From the NCBI GenBank assembly GCA_963815285.1, contig CAWFGB010000003.1:52027-116026 (forward strand): a stretch of DNA of 64,000 nucleotides, read 5' to 3'. The position numbers were made by a program, and so were the translations under genes. Source of the DNA: an uncultured Acidobacteriota bacterium (GTDB lineage Bacteria; Acidobacteriota; Vicinamibacteria; Vicinamibacterales; UBA2999). The notes beneath the pieces were generated by a model. The model did not search any database. It was not told the DNA's origin and saw nothing but the letters and a program-made list of their open reading frames with translations. Positions 36,809 through 46,236 of this stretch are shown here, piece by piece (the first letter of the stretch is position 1; each line of letters begins with the position of its first letter).

Positions 36809-39784
36809 ATGAATCGCAAGGCGACGCTGCTCACAGCGCTGCTGGCCCTGTTGCTGGGGACCAGTGCGCATGCGCAACAGCAAACTGGTGAAATCTTTGG
36901 ACGTATCGCAGACAAGTCCGGCGCGGTGCTGCCGGGCGCAACCGTCACGGTCGCGGGCCCGGCGCTGATTCAGCCCCGCGTGGTGACGACGTCCGAAACT
37001 GGAAGCTATCGTGTCCCCGAGCTGCCGATCGGCACCTACTCGGTCACGTTCGAGCTTCCAGGTTTCCGCACCGTGGTGATGCAGGACATTCGCATCACCA
37101 TCGGCTTCCGCGCCCAGGTGAACAGCGAACTGGAACTGTCCACCGTGCAGGAAACCGTCACGGTCACGGGCGAGAGCCCCCTCGTAGACACCCGCGAGAC
37201 CGGCACGGGGACCGCCTTTGACCTGGCGGCGCTGCAGGACATCCCGTCCGCGCGCGATCCCTGGGTCATGCTCGAACGGACGCCCGGCATCACCATGGAC
37301 CGGGCCAACATCGGCGGCAACCAGTCCGGCCAGCAGTCCACGTTCATCTCGCGCGGCGCGGCCGGCGGCAACAACAAGTGGTCGATTGACGGCGTGGACA
37401 TCACCGACATGTCGGCCACCGGCGCCTCGCCAATGTACTACGACTTCGACATGCTCGAAGAAATGCAGGTCACGACCGGTGGCGCCGACGTGACGCAGCA
37501 GACCGGCGGCGTCGGCATCAACCTGGTGACGCGCAGCGGCACGGACCGCTTCCGCGGCTCCGGTCGTTACTACGTCACCGATGATAACTTCCAGGCCGAC
37601 AACGTGACCGACGAAGCCCGGGCAGGCGGCGTCGGCGCCGGCGCCCCGATCCAGAACATCAAGGACCGTGGCGTCGAAGTCGGCGGTCCCATCAAGCGCG
37701 GCCGGGCCTGGTACTGGGGCAGCTACGGTTCGCAGGACATCAAGACCGGCGTCGTCGGCTTCTACAAGAACAACGAGACCTGCCGTCCTGGCGGTGTGGG
37801 CCTCAACCCGCGCACCACGCCGACCGACGTCCTTCGTGACTGTCTCGAAACCGACTTGACCACGCTGAACAACTACAACTGGAAGCTCACACTGGTGCCC
37901 TTCAACAACAACCGGTTCAACTTCCAGAACACCTGGGCCGAGAAAGTGCGCAGCGCGCGCGACGCGTCGGACCTGCGCCCGATTGAGACGGCGTACAAAC
38001 AGGCCGCGGTGGCGAGCACGTACGGCACATATGGCTGGGCCACCGGCCCGACACCGTTCTGGAAGGCCAGCGATCAGCACGTGCTCAGCGACCGCTGGCT
38101 CGTGGACGCCCTCTGGTCGCACGTCGGCAACAACTTCACACTCGACCTTCAGAGTCCCGACCTCTACGACGTGCAGCCGTCGTTCGAAATCACGACCAGC
38201 CGGTGGGGGCGTTCGTACAACGCCAGCATCTTCCTGCGGCCTACCAACAGCTTCGACCTGACCAGCAACTACTTCCTGCCGGCCACGGCGGGTGGTGACC
38301 ACGCTTTCAAGGTCGGCTACCGCTGGCGCTCGGCGCACTCGACCAGCATCAACCACCGCGGTGGGTTCATCGAAGCCCGGTTCCGGAACAGTGTCGCGTC
38401 GGAAGCGGATATTTATCGCGACCAGTACTCGGAGTCGCACCTCGACACCCACGGGTTCTGGCTGCAGGACACGTACACGCGCGGACGCCTCACGGTGAAC
38501 CTCGGGTTCCGCTACGACGTCCAGGACGACGAAGCCGTCGCCGCTCAGGTGCCGGAGAATCCGATCTTCCCCGAGCTGATGCCCGCCATCGATTTTCCTG
38601 GCGCGGACGCGGGCGTCGTGTGGAAGGACTTCTCCCCGCGCGTCGGCATGACCTACGACATCACCGGCGACGGCCGCACCGTGGCGTCGGCCTCGTATGC
38701 GACCTACTACGGCCAGATGGCGCCTGGGCAGCTGTCGGGTGTGCTGGCCGCCACCGGGGCGGTGTTCGTGCGCTTCCCGTGGGCCGATACCAACAACGAC
38801 GGCTTCGTGCAGCGCAACGAAGTGAACACGACCGGGCAGCCGCTCAGCCGCAGCACGGCCTACGATCCGGCCAATCCGGCCAACTTCAACACTGCCGGCA
38901 CCGTGGACCCCGACGTCAACAACGACCGCACGCGCGAGTTCATCGTCGGCTTCGACCGTCAGTTGAGCAACCAGCTCGCCGTCGGCGCCAGCTACATCTG
39001 GCGCAAGTACGATCGCTTCTTCTGGAACGATCGCGTCAACTGGACCAGCGCCAACTACCGCGCAATCACCACGACCCCCACTGGTTGCCCAGAGGGCGCG
39101 CGGTGCGAAAGCTACACCTACTACGAACCGTCTAGCCCACTGCCGTCGCCGTACGTCTACACGAACGTGCCCGACCGGTGGCGCGACTTCAACGGCCTGG
39201 AACTCACCTTCCAGAAGCGGATGGCCAATCGCTGGTCGATGAACGCCAGCTACGCCTACAACAACGCGGTTGACGTGTGGGATTCCCCGGCCTCGTACGA
39301 GGATCCGACGTGCACCACCACCGCCCCCACCACTTGCCCGGGGGAGATGATCTACGCTCCGGAGGCGGGCGGCAGCGGCATCGACAACGTCTTCATCAAC
39401 GCCAAGTGGCTGTTCAAGCTGTCGGGCACCTACATGCTGCCGTGGGATATCAACCTGGCCGCGTCGTACAACACGCGCCAGGGTTATCCCTTCCCGCAGG
39501 CGATCCGGACGCCGAGCCGTGCGAACTCCGGCGGCACCGCCGACGTCCACCTCGACTCGATGGGCGATATCCGTCAGCCGAATTACCAGCAGTTCGACTT
39601 CCGCGTCGACAAACGGTTCCAGTTCGGACGTGTGACGCTGCGGCCGTCGCTCGACATCTTCAACGCCCCGAACGCCAGCACCATCCTCGCCCGTCGTCGT
39701 CTGCAGGCGGCGACTAACGCGAACGAGATCTCCGGAATCGTCGCGCCGCGCGTGGCACGCTTCGGCGTCTCCGTGCAGTGGTAG
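36809..39784 (+). CDS. TonB-dependent receptor-like outer-membrane protein with CarboxypepD_reg N-domain (paralog 2, 991 aa)
   Basis: Same architecture as paralog 1: GEIFGRIADKSGAVLPGATVTV, QETVTVTGESPLVDT, SARDPWVMLERTPGI, terminal FGVSVQW. Confidence 0.85.
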   Translation: MNRKATLLTALLALLLGTSAHAQQQTGEIFGRIADKSGAVLPGATVTVAGPALIQPRVVTTSETGSYRVPELPIGTYSVTFELPGFRTVVMQDIRITIGFRAQVNSELELSTVQETVTVTGESPLVDTRETGTGTAFDLAALQDIPSARDPWVMLERTPGITMDRANIGGNQSGQQSTFISRGAAGGNNKWSIDGVDITDMSATGASPMYYDFDMLEEMQVTTGGADVTQQTGGVGINLVTRSGTDRFRGSGRYYVTDDNFQADNVTDEARAGGVGAGAPIQNIKDRGVEVGGPIKRGRAWYWGSYGSQDIKTGVVGFYKNNETCRPGGVGLNPRTTPTDVLRDCLETDLTTLNNYNWKLTLVPFNNNRFNFQNTWAEKVRSARDASDLRPIETAYKQAAVASTYGTYGWATGPTPFWKASDQHVLSDRWLVDALWSHVGNNFTLDLQSPDLYDVQPSFEITTSRWGRSYNASIFLRPTNSFDLTSNYFLPATAGGDHAFKVGYRWRSAHSTSINHRGGFIEARFRNSVASEADIYRDQYSESHLDTHGFWLQDTYTRGRLTVNLGFRYDVQDDEAVAAQVPENPIFPELMPAIDFPGADAGVVWKDFSPRVGMTYDITGDGRTVASASYATYYGQMAPGQLSGVLAATGAVFVRFPWADTNNDGFVQRNEVNTTGQPLSRSTAYDPANPANFNTAGTVDPDVNNDRTREFIVGFDRQLSNQLAVGASYIWRKYDRFFWNDRVNWTSANYRAITTTPTGCPEGARCESYTYYEPSSPLPSPYVYTNVPDRWRDFNGLELTFQKRMANRWSMNASYAYNNAVDVWDSPASYEDPTCTTTAPTTCPGEMIYAPEAGGSGIDNVFINAKWLFKLSGTYMLPWDINLAASYNTRQGYPFPQAIRTPSRANSGGTADVHLDSMGDIRQPNYQQFDFRVDKRFQFGRVTLRPSLDIFNAPNASTILARRRLQAATNANEISGIVAPRVARFGVSVQW

Positions 39785-39804
39785 CACTCTCCGTGTAAGC
39801 AAAG

Positions 39805-39840
39805 CGGCCTCCGGAACAAGATTCCGGAGGCCGTTTTCTC
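39805..39840 (+). terminator. Rho-independent terminator after receptor paralog 2
   Basis: GGCCTCCGGAA-caaga-TTCCGGAGGCC (11-bp stem) followed by GTTTTCTC. Confidence 0.8.
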
Positions 39841-40149
39841 GTACTCGCCCCACACCTTCCCCCGCGCTTCTTCACCGCAGAGATAACCTCATTGCTGGGT
39901 GGTTTTCGTCACCACGCTGGTCCCAAATTCATCCCACGTTTCGTCACCCACCTTGTCGCCATGTTCGTCTCGCCCAATTAATGGGAGCGTCGAATCCGAC
40001 GTATTGAATCGCTCGAGTTTCGTCCCACCATCCGCGCGAAATCTCGCCGCATTGGTACTTCGCCCGTCACTCGTCCCTGGCACGTCCGTTGTTATTCAAC
40101 CGACGTTCAGCAAGCTTCCTAACTTCTTCGTTGTCTCCAGGAGGAAAGA

Positions 40150-43053
40150 ATGAAAGTTCGATGTTGGCTGCTCGCCCTTGTCATGTTGGCCACAGCAGCG
40201 GGTGCGTCCGCACAGGTTCAAAGCGGCAGCATCACGGGGACTGTGCGCGACGGCCAGGGCGGCGTCCTGCCGGGCGTACTCGTCACCCTCGCTGGCGCCG
40301 GGCCCACGCAAACCTATACGACCGAAGTGGAAGGCCAGTACCGGTTCCTGAACGTTCCCCCGGGAACGTACACGATGACGCTCAGCCTGCCCGGCTTTCA
40401 GACGGTAATTCGTGACGGCATCGTCGTCGCCGTCGGACAGACCGTCAGCCTGCCGTTGACGATGAACGTCGCCAGCGTGCAGGAAACGGTGACCGTCACC
40501 GGCGAGTCGCCCGTGATTGACACCAAGGCGATGGGCACCGCCACCAACTTCTCGCAGGACGAACTTGCGCGCGTGCCCAACTCACGTGACCCCTGGGCGC
40601 TCCTCCGCACCGTGCCGGGCGTCTCGCTCGACCGCGTGAACATTGCGGGCAACGAGACAGGGCAGCAGTCAAGTTTCGTCTCGAAGGGTGGCCGACAGGG
40701 CGACGCGGTCTGGACGATGGACGGCGTGCCCATCACCGACATGGCCACGGCCGGCGCGTCGCCGACGTATTTCGATTACGACGCATTTGAAGAAATTCAG
40801 ATCTCGACCGGTGGCAACGACATCCGCCAGGCGACCGGCGGTGTCGGGCTGAACTTCGTCGTCAAGCGTGGCACCAATCAGCTGCGTGGCACCGCGCGCG
40901 GCTATTTCACGAGCGACGACCTCGAAGCCACGAACCTCCCCGATGAACTACGCGACAGGGGCTTCACGCCGGAAACCGCCGATCACAACCAGCAGATCTC
41001 TGAAGTCGGCTTCGATGCCGGCGGACCCATCATCAAGGACAAGCTGTTCTTCTGGGGTTCGATTGCGAGTCAGGACATCCGGCTCTATCGGCAGGCGGCA
41101 CGCGGCACCGACCGGACCGTGCTGAAAACGTACAACGCCAAGGTGAACTGGCAGGCGACGTCAAAGGACATGATCAACTTCCTATTCTTCAACGGCGACA
41201 AGATCAAGGAAGGTCGCGCGCCCGGTAACGCGCTGATCGAACCGACAAGCGCTCGCTGGAATCAAAGCAACTACTACACCGACACCCCGCTGCACGGGCT
41301 GTGGAAGTTGGAAGACAACCGGGTGATGACCAGCAACTGGTTCCTGTCCGCGAAGTACGCGTACTACAACACCGGTTTCACCCTGAACTCCATCGGCGCC
41401 AATACCGAGCAGATGGGGATCAGCCCGTTGCTCGGTCAGACATTCGGGTCGACAAACGGCAACTTCAATGCGCGGCCGCAGCACACCGTCAACATCGACA
41501 ACAACTACTTCAAGACGATGGGGGCGATGACGCACGACTTCAAGTTCGGCTTTGGCTGGCGGCGCAGCGACATCTACTCGCAGATTCTCTACCCTGGCAA
41601 TGGTGCAGTCGCGTACGAGAACTCGGTTACGGATTTCCGCGCACGTCTCTATCGCGAGGGCGCCGGCACGAACCGCGCGGAATACCTGAACTTCTATGTC
41701 GGTGACACGATTGCAATGAATCGGCTGACGCTGGATGTTGGCCTCCGCTTCGATCAGCAGGGCGGGAGTGCGCTGCCAAGCCAGACGCAGCCAAATCAGG
41801 GCTTCTCCACCCTCGTGCCTGGCATCGACTTCGCGGGCTACGACGCACCCTTCACCTGGCGCAATCTGTCACCGCGGGTCGGGATGACCTACGCGCTCGA
41901 CGAAGCGCGTCAGAACATCCTGCGCGCCAGCTACAGCCGCAATGCCGGGCAGATGACCAGCGTGGGCGTGTACATCGGCTATGCCAACCCGAGCTCCGCG
42001 GCGGGGTGGGTCGAGTATCCCTGGGTCGACGCGAACGGCGATCACCTTGCGCAGACGAACGAGATCCTCGTCAACCAATCGCTGCTCGCATCAGGCAACG
42101 GCTTCAATCCGACAAGCCCTACGTCGGTATCATCGGCCAATCAGATGGACCCAGACTTCGAGGCGCCCATCACCGATAGCGTCATCCTTGGCTTCGATCG
42201 GGAGCTGATGCCGAATCTTGCGCTGCAGGTGAACTACACCTACGGACGCACGACGAATTACCCGACCGCCGTCAACAACACGAGCGAAGGCCCGTTCATC
42301 GGGCTAACCACAGCGGACTGGCAGCCAACGGCGCCGCTCGTCGGTGCCGTCGATGACGTCACCTACAACATCCCACTGTTCATTCCCGATCCGGTAAAGG
42401 TGGCGGCTACAGGTGGCGGTCGCCTTCTGACGAACTACGAGGGCTATTCCACCAGCTTCAACGGCATCGAAGTCGCCGTCAACAAGCGCATGTCGGACCG
42501 CTGGCAGATGCGCCTCGCGGCGGCGTACAACAACCCGACGGAAGACTACGACATGGCCGTGCCCGTGAACCTAACCGGGAACCCGACCCGCACCGACACG
42601 TTCCCGTTAATCAACGGCGGCCTCACCGCGCCACGCAGCGCCGGCAGCGGATCGGGCGACGTGTTCGTCAACCAGCGCTGGAGTTTCAACCTGAACGGCG
42701 CCTATCAGCTTCCATGGCAGATGGAAGTGGCTGCCAACCTCTTCGGCAAACAGGGCACTCCTTACCCGTATTACCGTAATGCGGCGCTTGGCCGTGAAGG
42801 CACTGTGCGCGTCTTGTTGAACGAAGAGATCGACGACGTCAGGTTCGATAGCCTGTGGAATCTCGACCTGCGATGGGCGAAAACGGCGCTGTTTGGCCGG
42901 TCGAATCTCCAGTTCATCGCCGATCTGTTCAACGTCATGAACAGCAACACGGAGATCACGCGCGAGCGTAACGCAGCCTCGCCGAACTTCCAGGTGCTCG
43001 GCTCCAACCTGAGCCCGCGCATCGTCCGCTTCGGCGTACGGGCCGGCTTCTAA
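40150..43053 (+). CDS. TonB-dependent receptor-like outer-membrane protein with CarboxypepD_reg N-domain (paralog 3, 967 aa)
   Basis: Same architecture as paralog 1: GSITGTVRDGQGGVLPGVLVTL, QETVTVTGESPVIDT, NSRDPWALLRTVPGV, terminal FGVRAGF. RBS AGGAGG. Confidence 0.85.
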   Translation: MKVRCWLLALVMLATAAGASAQVQSGSITGTVRDGQGGVLPGVLVTLAGAGPTQTYTTEVEGQYRFLNVPPGTYTMTLSLPGFQTVIRDGIVVAVGQTVSLPLTMNVASVQETVTVTGESPVIDTKAMGTATNFSQDELARVPNSRDPWALLRTVPGVSLDRVNIAGNETGQQSSFVSKGGRQGDAVWTMDGVPITDMATAGASPTYFDYDAFEEIQISTGGNDIRQATGGVGLNFVVKRGTNQLRGTARGYFTSDDLEATNLPDELRDRGFTPETADHNQQISEVGFDAGGPIIKDKLFFWGSIASQDIRLYRQAARGTDRTVLKTYNAKVNWQATSKDMINFLFFNGDKIKEGRAPGNALIEPTSARWNQSNYYTDTPLHGLWKLEDNRVMTSNWFLSAKYAYYNTGFTLNSIGANTEQMGISPLLGQTFGSTNGNFNARPQHTVNIDNNYFKTMGAMTHDFKFGFGWRRSDIYSQILYPGNGAVAYENSVTDFRARLYREGAGTNRAEYLNFYVGDTIAMNRLTLDVGLRFDQQGGSALPSQTQPNQGFSTLVPGIDFAGYDAPFTWRNLSPRVGMTYALDEARQNILRASYSRNAGQMTSVGVYIGYANPSSAAGWVEYPWVDANGDHLAQTNEILVNQSLLASGNGFNPTSPTSVSSANQMDPDFEAPITDSVILGFDRELMPNLALQVNYTYGRTTNYPTAVNNTSEGPFIGLTTADWQPTAPLVGAVDDVTYNIPLFIPDPVKVAATGGGRLLTNYEGYSTSFNGIEVAVNKRMSDRWQMRLAAAYNNPTEDYDMAVPVNLTGNPTRTDTFPLINGGLTAPRSAGSGSGDVFVNQRWSFNLNGAYQLPWQMEVAANLFGKQGTPYPYYRNAALGREGTVRVLLNEEIDDVRFDSLWNLDLRWAKTALFGRSNLQFIADLFNVMNSNTEITRERNAASPNFQVLGSNLSPRIVRFGVRAGF

Positions 43054-43061
43054 CTCCAGAG

Positions 43062-43098
43062 ACGCCCGCAGGACACAGTGTTCTGCGGGCGTTTCTTC
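43062..43098 (+). terminator. Rho-independent terminator after receptor paralog 3, between convergent genes
   Basis: ACGCCCGCAG..CTGCGGGCGT stem (10 bp plus wobble extension) followed by TTCTTC. Confidence 0.7.
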
Positions 43099-43155
43099 GC
43101 GTCCACGCGCGGCGAACCTCCAACCCTATCCGTGAAGAACCTCGAGGGCGCGAGC

Positions 43156-45783
43156 TCACTGCGAGCGAATGGCCTCGCTGACGTTGACGCGGCCGGCACG
43201 AATCGCCGGACCGATACCGGCGACCAGCGCCAGGCCGCCGAGCGTGCCGAGCAGCGCCAGGAGGTTGAGCGGGTCGAGCGGCGTCACTCCGTACAATAAG
43301 CCGCGGATGGCGTTGGCGAGTGCCAAACCGGCGGCGAGTCCTGGCAGAAGCCCGAGAAGCACGAGTCGCGTCGTATGGCGGGCGACGAGGACAACGAGAT
43401 CGCGAGAGGTCGCGCCCAGGGCCAGCCTCGTAGCAAACTCCCCCTGTCGCAGATTCGTGGCGAGCGCGACTGTTCCGTAGAGGCCTGTTCCCGCGAAGAT
43501 CAGGGCCGCGACCACTGACGCAAGCAGCATTCCCACCACAATCTGGTTGCCTCCCATCTGCCGTGCGATGCCGCGATCGTAGGTCTCCATCGATTCGACG
43601 GGGACACCCGGTACAATTTCCCGCGCGGTCCGACGCACGAGGGCGGCAGTTGCCGCGGTGTCGCCTGCCGTCTGTACGACGAAGGTGACGACCCCCGGAT
43701 CGCCGAGCGGCAACCAGATGCGAGGCGGTGGGCCTTTCTCCGGATCTGTGTCACGCACGTCCCCGGTAACGCCAACGACTTGAAACTCCGTCGCGACACC
43801 CGCCGCATTGACAACGTCGAGGCGGCGGCCAACTGCGGTAGACGTGCTCCCGAAGAAGCGCTGCGCGGCCTGGCGACTGATCAGCGCGACTCGTACGTCG
43901 GTTTCCACATCGGTTACCGTCAGCGCGCGCCCGGCGAGGAGCGGCACCCCCAGCGTGTCCAGCGCGGCAGCGTCGGTACGGACGACGTGGGCAGAGAATG
44001 CGCGGCTGGCATCGTGGGCTGCCTGCCCTTCTGGTCGTACGACTATTCCGGCTTCGATGGTCACCGACGGCAAGGCGTCGAGCGCAGCCGTGGGTCTGCC
44101 GTCGTCGGCGAACCGGCGAATGATGTCGCGCAGCGCCTGCCGTCGCACGACAACGTCGGGCGAATGTTCGTGGAGTGCCAGCATCAGCGTCAGCCGGTTG
44201 GCGGTCTCGACCCCGGTCGGTGCCCAAACCATAGCGGCGACGGTTCTGGCGACCAGCCCTCCAACCACGGCAAGGGCAATGGCAAGGGCGAGCTCGGCGG
44301 CCACCAGCCATTCGCGTGAGCGCCGGCTGTGCTTGCCCGACATGCGGGCACTCGTCGCGTTGAGGACCGTCACCAGATTGAGCCGCATCGCAGCCAGTGC
44401 CGGAGCCAGCGAGAAGAACAGCGGCGCCAGTAGCGCCAGGCTGCCGACGAAGACGAGCTCGTGCCAGTCGATCACGAACTGTTGGAAAATTGGCTCCGCG
44501 TCCACCGATCGAATCACGCGCAGCCCGGCTTCGGCCACCAAAACGCCACCCGCCCCGCCCACGACTGCGAGGAGCAGGCCTTCGACGGCGAGTTGTCGAA
44601 AGAGCCGTGCCTGCCGTGCGCCGAGTGCCACCCTCACTGCGAACTCCTGCTGGCGCTTGACGGCGCGGGCAAGGAGCACGCCGGCAACGTTGACCGAGGC
44701 GATGACGACGACGAGCACCGCAGTGCCGACGAGCAGCGTGAGGACCAGGGCGAAATTCGGTCCGCCGATGGCCCGGCGCGCGCTCAACAGCCGAAGTTGC
44801 CGGCCACGATTGGTTTCTGGGTGTTCGGTCTCGAGGGTCTCGGCCAGGACGCGAAACTCCGCGGCCGCCTGCTCGACGCTGACACCCGGGGCGAGCCGGC
44901 CGGTGATCATCACGAGCCGCGTATCGCGCGCTTCCGTGCGCAGCGGCGCCTGCGAGATCCACATCGCGATGTTGGCGAACGTGCCGATCTCGATGTCAGG
45001 TGCGAGCACTCCTACGATGGTGACCGGGTCACCGTCCACTCGTACCGTTGTGCCGAGCACTCCGGCACCGCCGCCGGCGGTTTCGCGCCAGAAGCGATCG
45101 GTCAGCACTGCGACGCGTGCCGCCCCTGCCACGCTATCGCTCTCCGTCAGTGTCCGCCCCAGCTGTGCGCGCAGTCCCCAGACGCTGAAGAGATCGCCCA
45201 CGACGTGACTCACCACCGCCCTGGTCGGATCTGATCCGGGCCAGACGAGCGTGGCACGAGACTGTCTCCACGACGTGAGGTCTTCCACCGTTCGCGTCCG
45301 CTCGCGAAAATCAAGGAAGTCCGCGAAGTGCACGCCACCCCGACGATCGGGTTCGCGCGCGTCGACGCCGAAACCGAGGACGGTCCGCGCGGGGTCGGCG
45401 ACTGGCAGTCCGCGGACCAATGCGGTGTCTGCGAACGAGAAACCGAGGGTGCTGACGCCAATGCCCAGCGCCAGTGTGCACACGATCAGCATCGTCTGCC
45501 CGCGGCTCGCAGCCGCAACCCGGAACGCATTCCGGACGTCGCCGATGAGATCAGACATGAAGTCTCCTCGTGGGGAATGATGGGAAGCATGCGGATGGGC
45601 CCAGGCCGACCACCACCAGATTGACCAGGCCTGCCGCCAGTACCAGAAGCGGGCGGCAGCGCGGCCATGACGCACACATCGTTCCGCGAATTCGTGATCG
45701 AGGTCCCCGACGATGCTGAGACCTGCGCGGTCGGCCGGTACGGCCCGGCCGACAATCGCCCTCGCCACGCGGGGCGGCTTCAT
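43156..45783 (-). CDS. ADOP-family duplicated MacB/FtsX-like permease
   Basis: N-terminal prefix MKPPRVARAIVGRAVPADRAGLSIVGDLDHEFAE, then two (TM - periplasmic domain - FtsX 3-TM) halves. The ATG overlaps the PadR stop (ATGA at 45780-45783). Confidence 0.85.
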   Translation of the reverse strand: MKPPRVARAIVGRAVPADRAGLSIVGDLDHEFAERCVRHGRAAARFWYWRQAWSIWWWSAWAHPHASHHSPRGDFMSDLIGDVRNAFRVAAASRGQTMLIVCTLALGIGVSTLGFSFADTALVRGLPVADPARTVLGFGVDAREPDRRGGVHFADFLDFRERTRTVEDLTSWRQSRATLVWPGSDPTRAVVSHVVGDLFSVWGLRAQLGRTLTESDSVAGAARVAVLTDRFWRETAGGGAGVLGTTVRVDGDPVTIVGVLAPDIEIGTFANIAMWISQAPLRTEARDTRLVMITGRLAPGVSVEQAAAEFRVLAETLETEHPETNRGRQLRLLSARRAIGGPNFALVLTLLVGTAVLVVVIASVNVAGVLLARAVKRQQEFAVRVALGARQARLFRQLAVEGLLLAVVGGAGGVLVAEAGLRVIRSVDAEPIFQQFVIDWHELVFVGSLALLAPLFFSLAPALAAMRLNLVTVLNATSARMSGKHSRRSREWLVAAELALAIALAVVGGLVARTVAAMVWAPTGVETANRLTLMLALHEHSPDVVVRRQALRDIIRRFADDGRPTAALDALPSVTIEAGIVVRPEGQAAHDASRAFSAHVVRTDAAALDTLGVPLLAGRALTVTDVETDVRVALISRQAAQRFFGSTSTAVGRRLDVVNAAGVATEFQVVGVTGDVRDTDPEKGPPPRIWLPLGDPGVVTFVVQTAGDTAATAALVRRTAREIVPGVPVESMETYDRGIARQMGGNQIVVGMLLASVVAALIFAGTGLYGTVALATNLRQGEFATRLALGATSRDLVVLVARHTTRLVLLGLLPGLAAGLALANAIRGLLYGVTPLDPLNLLALLGTLGGLALVAGIGPAIRAGRVNVSEAIRSQ

Positions 45784-46112
45784 TTGCGGCCCTTCTCGAG
45801 CAGCGGCTCGAGGCCGCGCCACATCTCGAGCATCGCGCGTCGTGCGTCCCGCAGTTCGGCCATCCCCTCTCGCGTGACCTCGAGGTAGCGTTCGGGGAGG
45901 TCTCCTCCGCTACGCCGCTTGCGCAGGTCCCAGGTCAGCAGGCCTTTCGCCTCGAGTCGCTCGAGGGTGGTGTAAAACGCGCCGCGTGAGACGTCGCGGC
46001 CGAGTACCCGCTCGAGCTCGCGGCGGACGTCGGCGGCAGCGGCGTCGTCGCCGCGGCGGAGGATGGCGAGGAGGACGCGTTGTTCGAATTCGCCGAGTTG
46101 GAATCGGGCCAT
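45780..46112 (-). CDS. PadR-family transcriptional regulator
   Basis: LGEFEQRVLLAILRRG..VSRGAFYTTLERLEAKGLL winged-helix pattern. 110 aa. Confidence 0.85.
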   Translation of the reverse strand: MARFQLGEFEQRVLLAILRRGDDAAAADVRRELERVLGRDVSRGAFYTTLERLEAKGLLTWDLRKRRSGGDLPERYLEVTREGMAELRDARRAMLEMWRGLEPLLEKGRK

Positions 46113-46114
46113 GG

Positions 46115-46146
46115 GTCTACAGGGTAGACGAGTCTACTGTGTAGGC
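46115..46146. promoter_or_regulatory. Two tandem 6-3-6 inverted repeats, candidate PadR operator
   Basis: GTCTAC-agg-GTAGAC (46115-46129) and GTCTAC-tgt-GTAGGC (46132-46146), immediately upstream of the minus-strand PadR start codon. Confidence 0.45.
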
Positions 46147-46186
46147 GGTTCCGCCGGACGCGATCGGCTCGCAGATTAAGGAGATT

Positions 46187-46232
46187 GCCAACAATGTTGA
46201 CGCGCCCCCGGGCTTATGCTTACATTGTTGGC
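46187..46232. promoter_or_regulatory. Perfect 11-bp inverted repeat, candidate operator or leader hairpin of the second PadR
   Basis: GCCAACAATGT (46187-46197) and ACATTGTTGGC (46222-46232), 24-nt spacer. Contains ATGT/ACAT half-sites. Ends 5 nt before the ATG at 46237. Confidence 0.45.
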
Positions 46233-46236
46233 ACCA

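Noticed and set aside
36719-39853. A 1044-aa minus-strand ORF exactly antisense to receptor paralog 2. Similar long antisense ORFs occur at 27882..29582, 22895..24409, 43808..45208, 19823..20950 and 20992..22167.
   Set aside because: - Their translations are Arg/Gly/Ala/Val-rich low-complexity strings with no recognisable motifs.
- The sense-strand genes have clear domain signatures.
- Long stop-free antisense frames are expected in GC-rich DNA, because stop codons are AT-rich.
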